Below, in pieces: positions 38,337 to 49,338 of a stretch of 64,000 nucleotides of DNA; the first letter of the stretch is position 1; each line of letters opens with the position of its first letter. Source of the stretch: an uncultured Roseburia sp. GTDB lineage: Bacteria; Bacillota; Clostridia; Lachnospirales; Lachnospiraceae. The position numbers and the translations under genes were made by a program. The notes beneath the pieces were generated by a model. That model was not told where the DNA came from. It did not search any database and was given only the letters and a program-made list of their open reading frames with translations. The DNA lies in assembly GCA_905193415.1 (NCBI GenBank), contig CAJJOP010000011.1, positions 1,877 to 65,876 of the forward strand. Direction: 5' to 3'.

Positions 38337-38573
38337 ATGAGTCAGGCGAAGGTTGAGCGATATAAACAGGAAAAGAAAAACCGAAAAGCGCAAGTTAAAA
38401 AACAGAAGCGTAAAAAAGTATTTGGACGCATCATTGTCGTTCTTATCTGTGCTGCCATCGCTGTATGGATCGGATTTTCCGCCTACAGCTATCATGAAAA
38501 AAACAGGCCGGTAAAGACGACCAGCATCAATCTTGATTCCATTCAGAATTTTATCAAAAATAACTGTCAGTAA
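38337..38573 (+). CDS. Small membrane-anchored hypothetical protein
   Basis: AAGGAG RBS, basic N-terminus, one TM segment. Confidence 0.7.
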   Translation: MSQAKVERYKQEKKNRKAQVKKQKRKKVFGRIIVVLICAAIAVWIGFSAYSYHEKNRPVKTTSINLDSIQNFIKNNCQ

Positions 38574-38853
38574 TATGCTTACCGTTGTTTTCAGTCATAT
38601 AACGGTTTCATTATTTGTTCCATCTAAAAACGGACACAACCTATAATCAGAGATTTCAAATCTGGTATTCCAGGGGGGCAAAAGAATTTATATTCTGATT
38701 TTTCATGAGAAAGAACCAGTATTTATGTAGCAAAAGATTCTCATCTTCACATAGATACTGGTTCTTTTTCGTTTTACATTTTATGAAAATATTGATTCCA
38801 TTGACAGAATGATCACATTATTCCCGCCTCTTTTTCTTCTCCCTCTGCCTAAT

Positions 38854-39291
38854 CTAATCCTCTTCAGTCTTTGCTTTTTCCAGTGCCTGGTCTACCGCTC
38901 CTAAAAGCAGGCTGGCTGTATATTGATTTTCATCGGAATATGTAATATCCCGCAATGTCTGTTTTTTACAGATCTGTTTGCTGATATCGTCCATAGAGAC
39001 TTGCATCAACGGATACATCGTCGCCACTGTCTCATCCAGATTTACAAAGGATACGGAATTGATATGATTGGCATCTACAATTACCTGTACATCAATGGTC
39101 TTTCCCTGAAACTGTATGGAAGAAGTATATACTCCAGCTGTATATGCCGCTGCCTGCTCCTCCTTTTTATCCTTCCCGGGACCAAACATAAATACCAGCA
39201 AAAGGATCAATACGATTGCTAACACGATAAACAATACGGTATAGATCAGTTCCTTCATCCGAAATACAACGATCTTTGTCTTTCCACTCAA
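38854..39291 (-). CDS. Hypothetical membrane-anchored protein, probably sporulation-associated
   Basis: TTG start after GAGGAGG; N-terminal TM. SigE-like promoter GCATATT-13-CATATCTT at 39323-39350. Confidence 0.65.
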   Translation of the reverse strand: MSGKTKIVVFRMKELIYTVLFIVLAIVLILLLVFMFGPGKDKKEEQAAAYTAGVYTSSIQFQGKTIDVQVIVDANHINSVSFVNLDETVATMYPLMQVSMDDISKQICKKQTLRDITYSDENQYTASLLLGAVDQALEKAKTEED

Positions 39292-39538
39292 AGCATAACT
39301 CCTCCTCAAACATACTTTGTATAAGATATGCTGAAGTGGAAAAAATATGCTTATTATCCATACTATCTCTTTATTTCAGACACACGCTGCTAATGCTCTG
39401 TATCTGCACCGGAATACGATACAAAAAGCTGCAGATATCTTTCTGGCAAACTTACATTTGCCAACACAGCATCCACAGCTTTTCGCTTCTCATTTTTATT
39501 ATACCTTTATACTATAAAACCGTTGAAAACCATCTTTC

Positions 39539-40825
39539 TTATGAAATAGATGTTCTTCCAATACATTTATCTTTCAGCAGAAATGCCACAACGGTTGAAA
39601 TCGCAGAAAGCACTGCACACACGATAAATGCATTTCTGTATCCGCCATTTACATTCGGACCTGCTGCTGCCAGCATTACCGGCACTAACAGGAATGCACA
39701 GGAACGGATACCAATAATCAGCGGCATGATGATCTTATTTGCATCTGCAAAATCAAAACGTCCAAATACAGAAATGATCGCAGACGGCATCAGGTTCATC
39801 ATACCTCCGAGTAATACTGCATAGAAGATAACAGAAAATACTGCCATTGGAACATTAACCATTCCACTTCCAAGTGCAGAGATTACGAGCATCAGTGTCC
39901 AGAGAACACAGAATACGCGAACCGTCTTGTTTGTGCCCAGTTTCTGATCAATGAATCCCCAGATAACGCTGGCCGGAATGCCGATGATAGATGCAATAGT
40001 CAGATACATAATCGCCATGTTCTGTCCAAGTCCTACTGCCACCAGTCTCGGAACCATCTGAGAAATAACTGCAACCAGACCAAGTGCTACAAATCCAAAA
40101 ATAATTGTCAGCATCCACATCTCTTTTGTGCGAAGCAGTTTTCCAATGGTAAACTCTGTCTTTGCATTATTCAGCATTGCCAGGTTTGCCTGTCTCTCTT
40201 CTTCTGTGATCGGCTCATTATCCGGATATGCTCCAGCTTCTTCCGGGAACTGTTTGAACCATACCATAGTGATGATTGCCAGAATGATAAAGATGCCAAA
40301 CATCAGATGATACGGTGCGCTGATTCCTTTTCCGAACATTCCCTGGAATACAGCAACCATGATTGCCGATGAAAAACAGGTACCCATAGTAGCCCATCCA
40401 AGCGCAATACCTTTCTTTTTCGGGAACCAGTTGCTCATTATCTGCTGGGTAGATACCAGATTCAGCGCATTTGAAAATGCTGTCAGAAGCACAACTGCCA
40501 GACCGTATGTAACAAATGCATGCACATGACCATGGAACAGCCAGATCAATGCAGATGCGATCATCATTACAAATGTCGGGATCTTAACGCCTTTTTTTGC
40601 AATAACAACACCGAGAACTGCTGATACTGCGATACCTGCAAAACCACCTACCGCTGAGAACATCAGCATCTGATTAGAATCCCATCCAAATGCCTGTGCA
40701 AATACAGTTACAGAAACATTTAATGTATCCGGTGCTGTACAGGTAAACATGTAGATAAACAGGGTAAAGATGATAACCATCCATCCCTTTTTGCCGAAAC
40801 CACGGCTTTTCCCATTGTTATTCAT
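39539..40825 (-). CDS. MFS transporter (paralog of 6667-7947)
   Basis: GFGKKGW, NWFPKKKGIALG, PEEAGAYPDN, WGFIDQKLG. Confidence 0.9.
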   Translation of the reverse strand: MNNNGKSRGFGKKGWMVIIFTLFIYMFTCTAPDTLNVSVTVFAQAFGWDSNQMLMFSAVGGFAGIAVSAVLGVVIAKKGVKIPTFVMMIASALIWLFHGHVHAFVTYGLAVVLLTAFSNALNLVSTQQIMSNWFPKKKGIALGWATMGTCFSSAIMVAVFQGMFGKGISAPYHLMFGIFIILAIITMVWFKQFPEEAGAYPDNEPITEEERQANLAMLNNAKTEFTIGKLLRTKEMWMLTIIFGFVALGLVAVISQMVPRLVAVGLGQNMAIMYLTIASIIGIPASVIWGFIDQKLGTNKTVRVFCVLWTLMLVISALGSGMVNVPMAVFSVIFYAVLLGGMMNLMPSAIISVFGRFDFADANKIIMPLIIGIRSCAFLLVPVMLAAAGPNVNGGYRNAFIVCAVLSAISTVVAFLLKDKCIGRTSIS

Positions 40826-40890
40826 AACATTAACCCTCCTTATGTGGTTTTATTATATCGGATAAAAGCCCTGTGTGGTTACTTATAAAA

Positions 40891-40926
40891 AAAAGCTGAT
40901 ACACTCAAATGAGTGTATCAGCTTTT
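40891..40926 (-). terminator. Hairpin downstream of the second lysR gene
   Basis: AAAAGCTGATACACTC-AAAT-GAGTGTATCAGCTTTT, with a long T-run on the minus strand. Confidence 0.7.
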
Positions 40927-41049
40927 AACTAACTTTTATCGTAAATCTGTATTTTCGAATAAGATGCTTTACAATTCTTCGAAAAAAGCTGTCCTTCATT
41001 TTCATGCTTGGATCAATCGTAACAAAGTCCTTTTTCCGAATCCTTTCAT

Positions 41050-41949
41050 TTATGAAATCTGCTCCAAAATCTCAATCAGATTTTTTGCTTTAATTTTATA
41101 CTTTTCCTGTCTGATTGCCAGCACAACACCAAAAGATGCCGGCACTATATCTGACAACGGATAAAATTTCAATTTATCTTCTCTTCCGGAAAACATATTC
41201 TCGTACGCAATGGTAATACATTTGCCTGAAAGCAGTGCCAAAAGAAGGCTCTGTCTGGATTTATATTCCCGGATCTGCACCTGTTCCAGCATCCCAAGCG
41301 TATCTAATGTACTTTCTACCCGTTCTTTATCATCCAGCGAAGCGTTTAAATCCAGAACTCCAATCTCACATCCTTCCAGTCTGCTGATGTCAAACCCACT
41401 GTAATCCATTACCGGATGTCTGGCAGACAAATAAAAACCTACCGGGATTTTCTCTTTCAATATCGGATATGTTTTTAAGCCGGATACCTTTTCCAGCTCT
41501 GATTCAAACACAATGATCATATGCAATGCGCCCTGCTCCAGACGATGAAGCAATACTTTTCCCGGAAGTATCTCACACTCTACTGTCAGATCCGGATACC
41601 GATCATTATAAAGTTCGATTCCATGTAATACCTTATCTGAAATACTGCCCAGTTCCTGCATTCCGATACAGAGATTCATCTGTTCCTGATAATACATATC
41701 CTTCGCCTGATCCACCGCCGTGCGATACAGCACCAGCAGCTCTTTCCAACTGTGATATAAGATTTCTCCCTGAGGCGTCAGTCTGACCCCTCTATTCATC
41801 CTCTCAAATAAAGGCATATCCAGTTCTGTCTCCAGCGCTTTAATCTGACGGCTGACCGTCTGCTGGCTGATAAACAGGTTCGTTCCAGCTTTTGAAATGC
41901 TGCCCATATTTGCAGCCTCTACAAAACATTCGATTTGTGTGATTGTCAT
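41050..41949 (-). CDS. LysR-family transcriptional regulator
   Basis: SISKAGTNLFISQQTVSRQIKALETEL...LFER...LTPQG. Confidence 0.9.
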   Translation of the reverse strand: MTITQIECFVEAANMGSISKAGTNLFISQQTVSRQIKALETELDMPLFERMNRGVRLTPQGEILYHSWKELLVLYRTAVDQAKDMYYQEQMNLCIGMQELGSISDKVLHGIELYNDRYPDLTVECEILPGKVLLHRLEQGALHMIIVFESELEKVSGLKTYPILKEKIPVGFYLSARHPVMDYSGFDISRLEGCEIGVLDLNASLDDKERVESTLDTLGMLEQVQIREYKSRQSLLLALLSGKCITIAYENMFSGREDKLKFYPLSDIVPASFGVVLAIRQEKYKIKAKNLIEILEQIS

Positions 41950-42403
41950 TTTATTTCTGTATGATAATCAGGTCGTTCCTTATCATACGTTTCCTCATAT
42001 TATAAAGTAGTAGTGTTTATAGACCCTCTCCAAAGTCTGTATACTATTCTATCTGAGATACTATAGTACTTTTCTTTTCCTGTAACCTGACCATTCAGCC
42101 CAGGTATATTGCCATCACTTTTATCCGACTTACTTATCTGTTGAACCTTATTATAAGATGATACAATCAAATTACATATATTTTTATACGGACATCAATA
42201 ATTCTCCAGTAATTCCAGCAGTTCTTCCCTTGAAAAGTTCAATCAGTTTTTCTCTGTAAAAAGTCTTTTCCTCTACAGATTCTTTTAATTCATTCTCTGT
42301 CAACATAATAAACTCTTTCTTTCTGCATATCAGAAACGCTTCTATATTTAATTTTTATTATATAACATGGATAACAAAACTTTCAATATAAGAAGTGAAA
42401 TGA

Positions 42404-42523
42404 AAATCGAACCCACCGGCGAGACGGTACAGCTGATCTGATGGATCAACATTTTACATGAATCGAAGAGGAGTTAAAGTCCTCTGAGACACTCAAACTT
42501 TGAGCCCTGCCAAGACTAAATTT
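42404..42523 (-). repeat. tRNA-associated ~120-bp structured element (copy 1)
   Basis: Homologous to 54970-55077 in the tRNA sense; internal hairpins. Confidence 0.7.
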
Positions 42524-42563
42524 AACAAAAAAAGATATCCGACAGGATATCTTTTTTTAAGAA

Positions 42564-42636
42564 AGCGCGAGACGGGACTCGAACCCGCGACCCCGACCTT
42601 GGCAAGGTCGTGCTCCACCAACTGAGCCACTCGCGC
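42564..42636 (-). tRNA. tRNA-Gly (GCC)
   Basis: Cloverleaf GCGCGAG...CGACC-TT-GCC-AA-GGTCG...GGTTCGAGTCC...CTCGCGC-T; CCA not encoded. Promoter TTGACT-17-TAATAT at 42679-42707; terminator downstream. Confidence 0.97.
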
Positions 42637-43040
42637 ATATCTGTTATTTATTTGTTGCCCTTGCTGAGCACAGATAGTATATTACCTCAGACCAGATAAA
42701 AAGTCAACAACTTTTTTCACTTTTTTTATTTTTTTATTTAAAAAATCTCCAGTAATAAAAAATCCAAAAAATTCAAATATGCAGTTGTTAAGTCTACAAA
42801 TCCATAGTAAAGTGATCATAGCAGTTCTTAAAGTTATGAAGTTGTTTTGTGTGGTAACTTAACAATACATCATAAATTTAAAACTGCTATTTTTATTTAT
42901 ACAAATGGTGGTTGCACGTACTTAGGGCTAGCCATCGCGCCAGCGACTTGGTACAATGAGTGCAAGAGAGTCAACATGCTTGCATGATTGACGAACAACA
43001 TTTGCATTATATTATTACAGAAAGTTTTGAGCATCTGATT

Positions 43041-43967
43041 ATGAGTAAAACTATAAAAAAATATTCCAAATTAGACAGTATTCCCACCGGTCAGGCCTCT
43101 GACCACATTACCGAAGGCTGTCTTGTACTGGAAGGCGGCGCATTCCGTGGTGTGTATACCGGCGGCGTTACCGATCTTCTGATGAAAAAGGATCTGAATT
43201 TTTCCTGCACGATCGGCGTATCTGCCGGTTCCATGAATGGATTTAACTATGTCTCCGGGCAGATCGGCAGAGCCAGCCGGTTTAACCTTGGACATCGTTT
43301 CGACCCAAACTATGTTGGCCTTCATGCATGGAAAGAAAATAAAGGCATCTTTGGATTTGACCTTGTATTTGATGACAACCGTGTGGAAGAACCATTTAAT
43401 AAAGTTGCCTTTGACAATCCTGCCCACCGTTTTATCGCTGTGGCAACGGACTGTCTGACCGGAAAACCAGCCTATTTTGAAAACGGAAAATGCTCCGATA
43501 TCTTTCAGGCGATCCGCGCCTCCTCCAGTATGCCCATCATGTCAAAACCCGTTATGTTGGATAGCAAACCTTATCTGGATGGCGGCTGCTCCGTCGCATA
43601 CGCTCTTGACTGGGCGCTTCAGGAAGGCTATGAAAAAATTATCGTAGTGCGTACAAGAGACCGTTCCTACCGCAAAGTTCCGAACCACTCTTCCATAGCA
43701 TTTCTGCAAAAACAGCTCTACGGCAGAAAATATCCGGAGTTTCTGAATGTATGGCAGAAAAGTGCTGAGCGTTACAATGCCCTCTGTGACCGTACCGATC
43801 AGCTGGAAAAGGAAGGTCGTATTTTCGTGATCGCCCCTTCCGTACCTGTTACCGTAGGACGTCTGGAAAAAGATATAGAAAAACTCGGCTCCCTGTACTG
43901 GATGGGGTATCATGATGCAGAAAGTGATCTTGCTTCTTTACGTGCTTATTTAAAAAAAAATAAATAA
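43041..43967 (+). CDS. Patatin-like phospholipase
   Basis: LEGGAFRG, GVSAG, ASSSMP, LDGG. Confidence 0.9.
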   Translation: MSKTIKKYSKLDSIPTGQASDHITEGCLVLEGGAFRGVYTGGVTDLLMKKDLNFSCTIGVSAGSMNGFNYVSGQIGRASRFNLGHRFDPNYVGLHAWKENKGIFGFDLVFDDNRVEEPFNKVAFDNPAHRFIAVATDCLTGKPAYFENGKCSDIFQAIRASSSMPIMSKPVMLDSKPYLDGGCSVAYALDWALQEGYEKIIVVRTRDRSYRKVPNHSSIAFLQKQLYGRKYPEFLNVWQKSAERYNALCDRTDQLEKEGRIFVIAPSVPVTVGRLEKDIEKLGSLYWMGYHDAESDLASLRAYLKKNK

Positions 43968-44058
43968 ACAGATATCCAGAACTGTTTCTTGTAATCTTAA
44001 TCCTACTAATATAATATAGAAAATATCTAATATCCAGCAACAGTAGGAGACTTTACAT

Positions 44059-44928
44059 ATGAGCAAAACAGCACTGATCGTTGAGGGCGGCGGCATGAAA
44101 TGCGCTTACAGCGCCGGTGTCCTTGACAAATTTATAGATGATAACATTACATTTGATTACTGCATCGGCGTATCTGCAGGTTCTGCCAATGCCCTGTCTT
44201 TTATGGCCGGACAAAGAGACCGTAACCGCCGGTTTTACACGGATCACATTGATGAACCCGGTTATTTTGGTCTGAAATCCTTTCTAAAAACAGGAAATAT
44301 TTTCGGATTACAATACATTTATGGCGACCTGACCAATTCTGATGGCGCCGATCCACTGGATTTTCCGGCAATCATGGCAAATCCGGCAGAATACTGGCTG
44401 GTCGCTACGGATGCTGAAACCGGTAAGCCAGCTTATTTCCGTAAAGAGGATATGGCGCAGGATGATTACCGCCTTGTCATGGCTTCCTGCGCCTTGCCCG
44501 CTGCCTGCAAACCGGTAGAGATAAATGGCCGTTTTTATTATGACGGCGGTGTTACCGATGCGATTCCGGTTCAGAAAGCACTGGATGATGGGTGTGATAA
44601 AATCGTTGCCATCCTTTCCAAACCGAGAGGCTATGTAAAAAATCCGGAAGGCATGCGTTTCCTTTATTCCCGAATGTGCAAAAAATATCCGAAAACCATA
44701 GAAGCTCTGGATAACCGCCATCTGATGTATCGGGAATCTCAGAAAAAACTGTACGATCTGGAAGCAGAAGGGAGAGCGTTGATCTTCGCCCCAAGCAATC
44801 CGCCCAAAATGGGAACTTACACAATGAAGCGGGAAGTGGAACAGCAGCTTTACGACCTGGGACTTTCTGATTATGCTGCACTGAAGGACAAACTTGCTCA
44901 GTTTCTGAATGATTCTCAGTCTCATTGA
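44059..44928 (+). CDS. Patatin-like phospholipase
   Basis: VEGGGMK, GVSAG, ASCALP, YDGG. Confidence 0.9.
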   Translation: MSKTALIVEGGGMKCAYSAGVLDKFIDDNITFDYCIGVSAGSANALSFMAGQRDRNRRFYTDHIDEPGYFGLKSFLKTGNIFGLQYIYGDLTNSDGADPLDFPAIMANPAEYWLVATDAETGKPAYFRKEDMAQDDYRLVMASCALPAACKPVEINGRFYYDGGVTDAIPVQKALDDGCDKIVAILSKPRGYVKNPEGMRFLYSRMCKKYPKTIEALDNRHLMYRESQKKLYDLEAEGRALIFAPSNPPKMGTYTMKREVEQQLYDLGLSDYAALKDKLAQFLNDSQSH

Positions 44929-44983
44929 ACCAACAGTTAGTTTTCAAAGTTGTAAAATCATATATTATGTATAAGGGATTATC

Positions 44984-45835
44984 ATGGAAAACAGTTACTT
45001 AAAAAATATCAAAAATACCGTCTTTACGCCGTCCACTCCACAGGATTGTGTGAAGATCCTTCCAGATGGAACCAGCACGGCTTCCAGAGAAGAGCTTCTG
45101 ACAGAACATTATCTGCAAGTCTATCTGAATGAATCACTGGTCATGGAACTAACCTGCACACCGACTCATCTGGAGGAACTGGTACTTGGACGTCTATACA
45201 GCGAGGGGATGATCCGCAGCATTGATGAAATCGATTATTTTTATCTGTGCGAATCCGGCAACACGGCAAAAGTATTTCTGAAAGAAACAGTGGATGCTGA
45301 TCATGTTCTGGAAGAAGACACAAATGTCCCTACCTGCTGTACAAACAATAAAGTGTACTGGAAATCTGATGAAGACATCCAGCCTGTCGTCCCTATCGAA
45401 TGGCATTCGGAATGGATCTTCAAACTGGCAGAAACGTTTGAAAAAGATACTTCCCTGCACAAGCAGACCTACGGCACACACAGCAGTTTTCTGGCTGTGA
45501 AGGATAAGATTCTGTTTATCAGTGAGGATATCGGCCGACACAATGCAATCGACAAAGTCATTGGAATGGCATTAAAAGAAGGGCTTGATCTGACACATAC
45601 GCTGGTCTTTACCAGCGGACGTGTTCCAACGGATATGGTCGCCAAAGTCATCCGCGCACGGATCCCCATCTTCATCAGCAAAGCTGCGCCTACCAAACAG
45701 TCTGTAGAACTGGCTTCCCAATACAATCTGACTCTGATTGCAGGCGCCCACAGTGATAAATTAAAAATCTGTGTCAGCCCAATGGATACCTACTGTCAGC
45801 TCCCACCGAAACCACCAAAGAAGCAGCAGAAATAG
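44984..45835 (+). CDS. fdhD: Formate dehydrogenase accessory sulfurtransferase
   Basis: CTPTHLEELVLG, TCC, TYGTHS, EDIGRHNAIDK, TSGR, SKAAPT. Confidence 0.9.
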   Translation: MENSYLKNIKNTVFTPSTPQDCVKILPDGTSTASREELLTEHYLQVYLNESLVMELTCTPTHLEELVLGRLYSEGMIRSIDEIDYFYLCESGNTAKVFLKETVDADHVLEEDTNVPTCCTNNKVYWKSDEDIQPVVPIEWHSEWIFKLAETFEKDTSLHKQTYGTHSSFLAVKDKILFISEDIGRHNAIDKVIGMALKEGLDLTHTLVFTSGRVPTDMVAKVIRARIPIFISKAAPTKQSVELASQYNLTLIAGAHSDKLKICVSPMDTYCQLPPKPPKKQQK

Positions 45836-45892
45836 TGCTAACCGGTGTGATCTGACTAACACTATTTCTATAAAAATCATGCAAATACATAC

Positions 45893-45936
45893 AAAAAATG
45901 CAGGAAGCTGTATATAATACAGTTCCTGCATTTTTT
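45893..45936. terminator. Bidirectional terminator
   Basis: AAAAAATGCAGGAA...TTCCTGCATTTTTT. Confidence 0.7.
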
Positions 45937-45977
45937 ATCGTCTATGTATCATATGTCCGATCTTTGAACCACATCAT

Positions 45978-46730
45978 TTATAATTTAAGATTTTTCAGTA
46001 AATCTCCCAGTGAAGTCCCAATCTCTTCTGACTTCGGAATATTCTCGCGAATCTCTTCTTCTTCCTGTTTTTGCTTTTCTTCAATCAGTGCTTTCATACT
46101 CAGACCGATCTTTCCATCCTGGTTTTTGATTACTTTTACAGTGACTTTCTGACCTTCCTGCAGAACATCTGCCGGATGTTTGATTCGTTTATCACTGATC
46201 TGAGATACATGCAACAGTCCGCTGATTCCCTCTCCCAGGTCAATGAAAGCACCATAAGACTGCATGGATTCTACGGTTCCTTCCAATACCTGTCCCACCT
46301 GAACATCTGCGATCTTACGTTTTTTCTCTGCTGCTGCTTCTTCTTTCAGGATTTCTCTTGCAGAAAGTACCAGCTTTCCTTTTTCCATATTTGCCTCAAT
46401 GACACGGACGCGGACTTCTTTTCCCAACCATGGATTGGTATCTTCCACATGTTTGCTGTCCAGTCTGGAAACTGGGATGAATCCACGGATTCCTTCCACC
46501 AGCGCAACTACGCCTTTGTTTACGATTCCGGATACAGTTACAGTCAGGATCTCTTTGTTTTCCAGATATTCCTGAATCTTCTGCCATGCAAGCAGGGTAT
46601 CGGTATCATATTCGCCGTCTCCCATTACTTTGTAAGATTCTTCCAGCTCTTTTGCATAATCCTGCATGGTCTCTGTGTTTTCCGGTGTTTTTACTTCTTC
46701 TGTTTCCGGTGCTTTGATTTCCTCTGACAT
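45978..46730 (-). CDS. S1 RNA-binding protein with two S1 domains
   Basis: GIRGFIPVSRL and YGAFIDLGEGISGLLHVSQIS. Confidence 0.9.
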   Translation of the reverse strand: MSEEIKAPETEEVKTPENTETMQDYAKELEESYKVMGDGEYDTDTLLAWQKIQEYLENKEILTVTVSGIVNKGVVALVEGIRGFIPVSRLDSKHVEDTNPWLGKEVRVRVIEANMEKGKLVLSAREILKEEAAAEKKRKIADVQVGQVLEGTVESMQSYGAFIDLGEGISGLLHVSQISDKRIKHPADVLQEGQKVTVKVIKNQDGKIGLSMKALIEEKQKQEEEEIRENIPKSEEIGTSLGDLLKNLKL

Positions 46731-46811
46731 CTTATCGTTTCCTTTCTGAACCAGACCTGCGTCACGTTCAACCAATTTTCAAAACCTCTGTTTATGGCTA
46801 TTGTATCATCT

Positions 46812-47564
46812 TTACGATTCCGGTACAACGGTCAGATTTTCACAATTTCGATAAGATTCATCCGGCAGACTGTCGGTAATGATTTCCGCTTCATCAAAGG
46901 CTGCAAAACTTACCGGTGCAATCTGATGAAACTTGCTGCTGTCACACAGTACATAAGCATTTCTCGTATGCTCCATCGCACAGGATTTGATGATGGATTC
47001 ATTGATATCCGGTGTCGTAAAACCGGTGTCACGACGAACCCCATTAGTTCCCCAGAACCCTTTTGTAAAATTATATTTTTTCAGGTTCACATAGGCTTCG
47101 TTTCCTACAATCGCTTCTGTGGAAGCTTTCAGTTCTCCGCCAATAAGGATTACATGAAATCCGTTTTCGACGAGCTGAAGCGCATGGGAGACTGCATTTG
47201 TGACAAAGGTTGCTGATTTTTCTGTAAGATACGGTATCATACATCCCGTTGTAGTACCGGCATCCAGATAAACAAAATCATTTGGTTCCACAAGACCTGC
47301 CGCATAGCGCGCAATCTTCAGTTTTTCTCTGCGGTTCTGTGCCACACGCTGAGAAACTTTTTCATCAGAAGTTGTGATCCCGGTATCTTTGCGCACAGCG
47401 CCTCCAAACACTTTGACCAGCTCTCCCCGCTGATCCATCACATTCAGATCTCGTCGAATCGTGGATTCTGAAGCGCCAAACTGCTGTTTTAGTTCCTGTA
47501 CTGTTACACTTCCCTGTTCTTCCAGAATCCGTAATATTTCTTCCTGCCTTGTCTCTGTCAGCAT
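46812..47564 (-). CDS. fruR: DeoR/GlpR regulator (FruR-like)
   Basis: SESTIRRDL, KVFGGA, YLDAGTTT; last gene of the fructose operon. Confidence 0.85.
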   Translation of the reverse strand: MLTETRQEEILRILEEQGSVTVQELKQQFGASESTIRRDLNVMDQRGELVKVFGGAVRKDTGITTSDEKVSQRVAQNRREKLKIARYAAGLVEPNDFVYLDAGTTTGCMIPYLTEKSATFVTNAVSHALQLVENGFHVILIGGELKASTEAIVGNEAYVNLKKYNFTKGFWGTNGVRRDTGFTTPDINESIIKSCAMEHTRNAYVLCDSSKFHQIAPVSFAAFDEAEIITDSLPDESYRNCENLTVVPES

Positions 47565-47676
47565 ATTTCTACTCTCTTTCCTGTAAAAACTACTCTTACT
47601 ATTATCTTCTTCTCATAAAAGACTGGTGACTATATTTATGATATTCTTTTATTTTTCTCATGCAGATCAGTTGTTT

Positions 47677-49338
47677 TTATAACCACTGTGCCAGTACCTG
47701 TTCTTTTTCCTCCGCAACATTGGTATCACGAACAATCTTTCTTACCGGAAGCACGCTTCCCGGTGATACAGAAAGCTCATCGATCCCCATAGAAAGGAAC
47801 AGTTTTGTCAGTGCCTGATCAGCACCCAGTTCTCCGCAGATTCCGCACCAGATGCCAGCCTTGTGCGCATTCTGAACCGTCTGATTGATCATGCGCAGCA
47901 CTGCTGTATGATGCGCATCATAGAACTCATCCAGAGACTGATTCTGGCGGTCGATTGCCAGCGTATACTGGGTCAGGTCATTAGTTCCAATACTGAAAAA
48001 ATCTACCTCTTCTGCCAGAAGGTCACTGATCATGACAGCTGCCGGCGTCTCTATCATGATACCCTGCTCCACTTCTCCATAAGCAATATTTGCATCATCC
48101 AATTCTTTTTTCACTTCTGCAACGATCTCGCGGATCTGACGCACTTCTTTGACGGATGTGATCATCGGATACATAATCGCGATCTTGCCAAAAGCACTTG
48201 CACGGAACAATGCGCGAAGCTGTGTTTTAAAGATCTCCGGACGAGTCAGACAGATACGGATTGCCCGAAGTCCCATTGCCGGATTTTCCTCTTTGTCCAA
48301 TGCAAAATAATCTGCCTGTTTATCAGCGCCGATATCCAGTGTACGAATGATAACACGTTTTCCGGCCATTGTCTCTGCTACGGTCTTATATACAAAAAAC
48401 TGTTCTTCCTCTGTCGGATAGGTTTCTTTCTCCAGATACAGAAATTCGCTTCGGAAAAGACCGATTCCCTCTGCACCGTTCTGCAAAACTTTGGCAAGAT
48501 CTTTGACATCTCCAATATTAGCATAAGTCATGACATTTTTGCCATCCAGAGTCACACTCTTCTCGCCTTTCAAAGTCTGAAGCAGTTCCTTCTGCTCTTT
48601 ATCTGCTTTCAGCTTTTCCTGCATCTGAACGAGTGTCTCTTCATCCGGGTCTATATAGACACATCCATCATTGCCATCAACTACTGCCATTGCGCCATTT
48701 AAAGACTCGTCAAGATGAAGTTCCAGCGTACCGATCAGTGCCGGTATGCCCATTGTCCTTGCAAGGATCGCCGTATGAGAATTCAGGGAGCCATGTACTG
48801 TTACAAAAGACAATACTTTGTCCTTATCCATCTGGACAGTCTCACTTGGCGCCAGGTCATCCGCAATGATGATCGTCGGTTCAGAAGCATCCATCTGCTG
48901 CTGACTGCCACCATTCAGGATCGTGATAACACGCTCTGTGATATCTTTAAAGTCAGCAGCCCGTTCCCGCATATACTCATCATCCATAGCAGCAAACATA
49001 TTTGCAAAATTATCTCCGGTGGCAGCCAGGGCATACTCTGCATTTACTTCCTGTGTACGGATAATATTTTCCACAGATTCGATATAATCATCATCTTCCA
49101 GAAGCATCTGATGCACTTCAAAAATCGCCGCACTTGCCTCGCCAACTTCTTTCAGCGCTTTTTCATATAAAGCTCCAAGCTGCTCTACTGCTTCATCTTT
49201 TGCAGTCTGAAAACGTGCTACTTCTCCGTTCAGGTCTTCCACTTTGTAACGCTTTACCTGCTGTTCGCCTTTTTTCCAGACCTGTATTTTTCCAATGGCG
49301 ATTCCGCCAAAAACACTTTTTCCCTGATATACTTTCAT
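47677..49338 (-). CDS. ptsI: PTS enzyme I
   Basis: SHTAILAR (phospho-His), GLFRSEF, RTLDIGADK, MIETPAA, SIGTNDL, CGE. Confidence 0.95.
   Translation of the reverse strand: MKVYQGKSVFGGIAIGKIQVWKKGEQQVKRYKVEDLNGEVARFQTAKDEAVEQLGALYEKALKEVGEASAAIFEVHQMLLEDDDYIESVENIIRTQEVNAEYALAATGDNFANMFAAMDDEYMRERAADFKDITERVITILNGGSQQQMDASEPTIIIADDLAPSETVQMDKDKVLSFVTVHGSLNSHTAILARTMGIPALIGTLELHLDESLNGAMAVVDGNDGCVYIDPDEETLVQMQEKLKADKEQKELLQTLKGEKSVTLDGKNVMTYANIGDVKDLAKVLQNGAEGIGLFRSEFLYLEKETYPTEEEQFFVYKTVAETMAGKRVIIRTLDIGADKQADYFALDKEENPAMGLRAIRICLTRPEIFKTQLRALFRASAFGKIAIMYPMITSVKEVRQIREIVAEVKKELDDANIAYGEVEQGIMIETPAAVMISDLLAEEVDFFSIGTNDLTQYTLAIDRQNQSLDEFYDAHHTAVLRMINQTVQNAHKAGIWCGICGELGADQALTKLFLSMGIDELSVSPGSVLPVRKIVRDTNVAEEKEQVLAQWL

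Noticed and set aside
42184..42306. 40-codon minus-strand ORF MLTENELKESVEEKTFYREKLIEL...
   Set aside because: Short, weak RBS, possibly a frameshifted remnant; no function can be supported.
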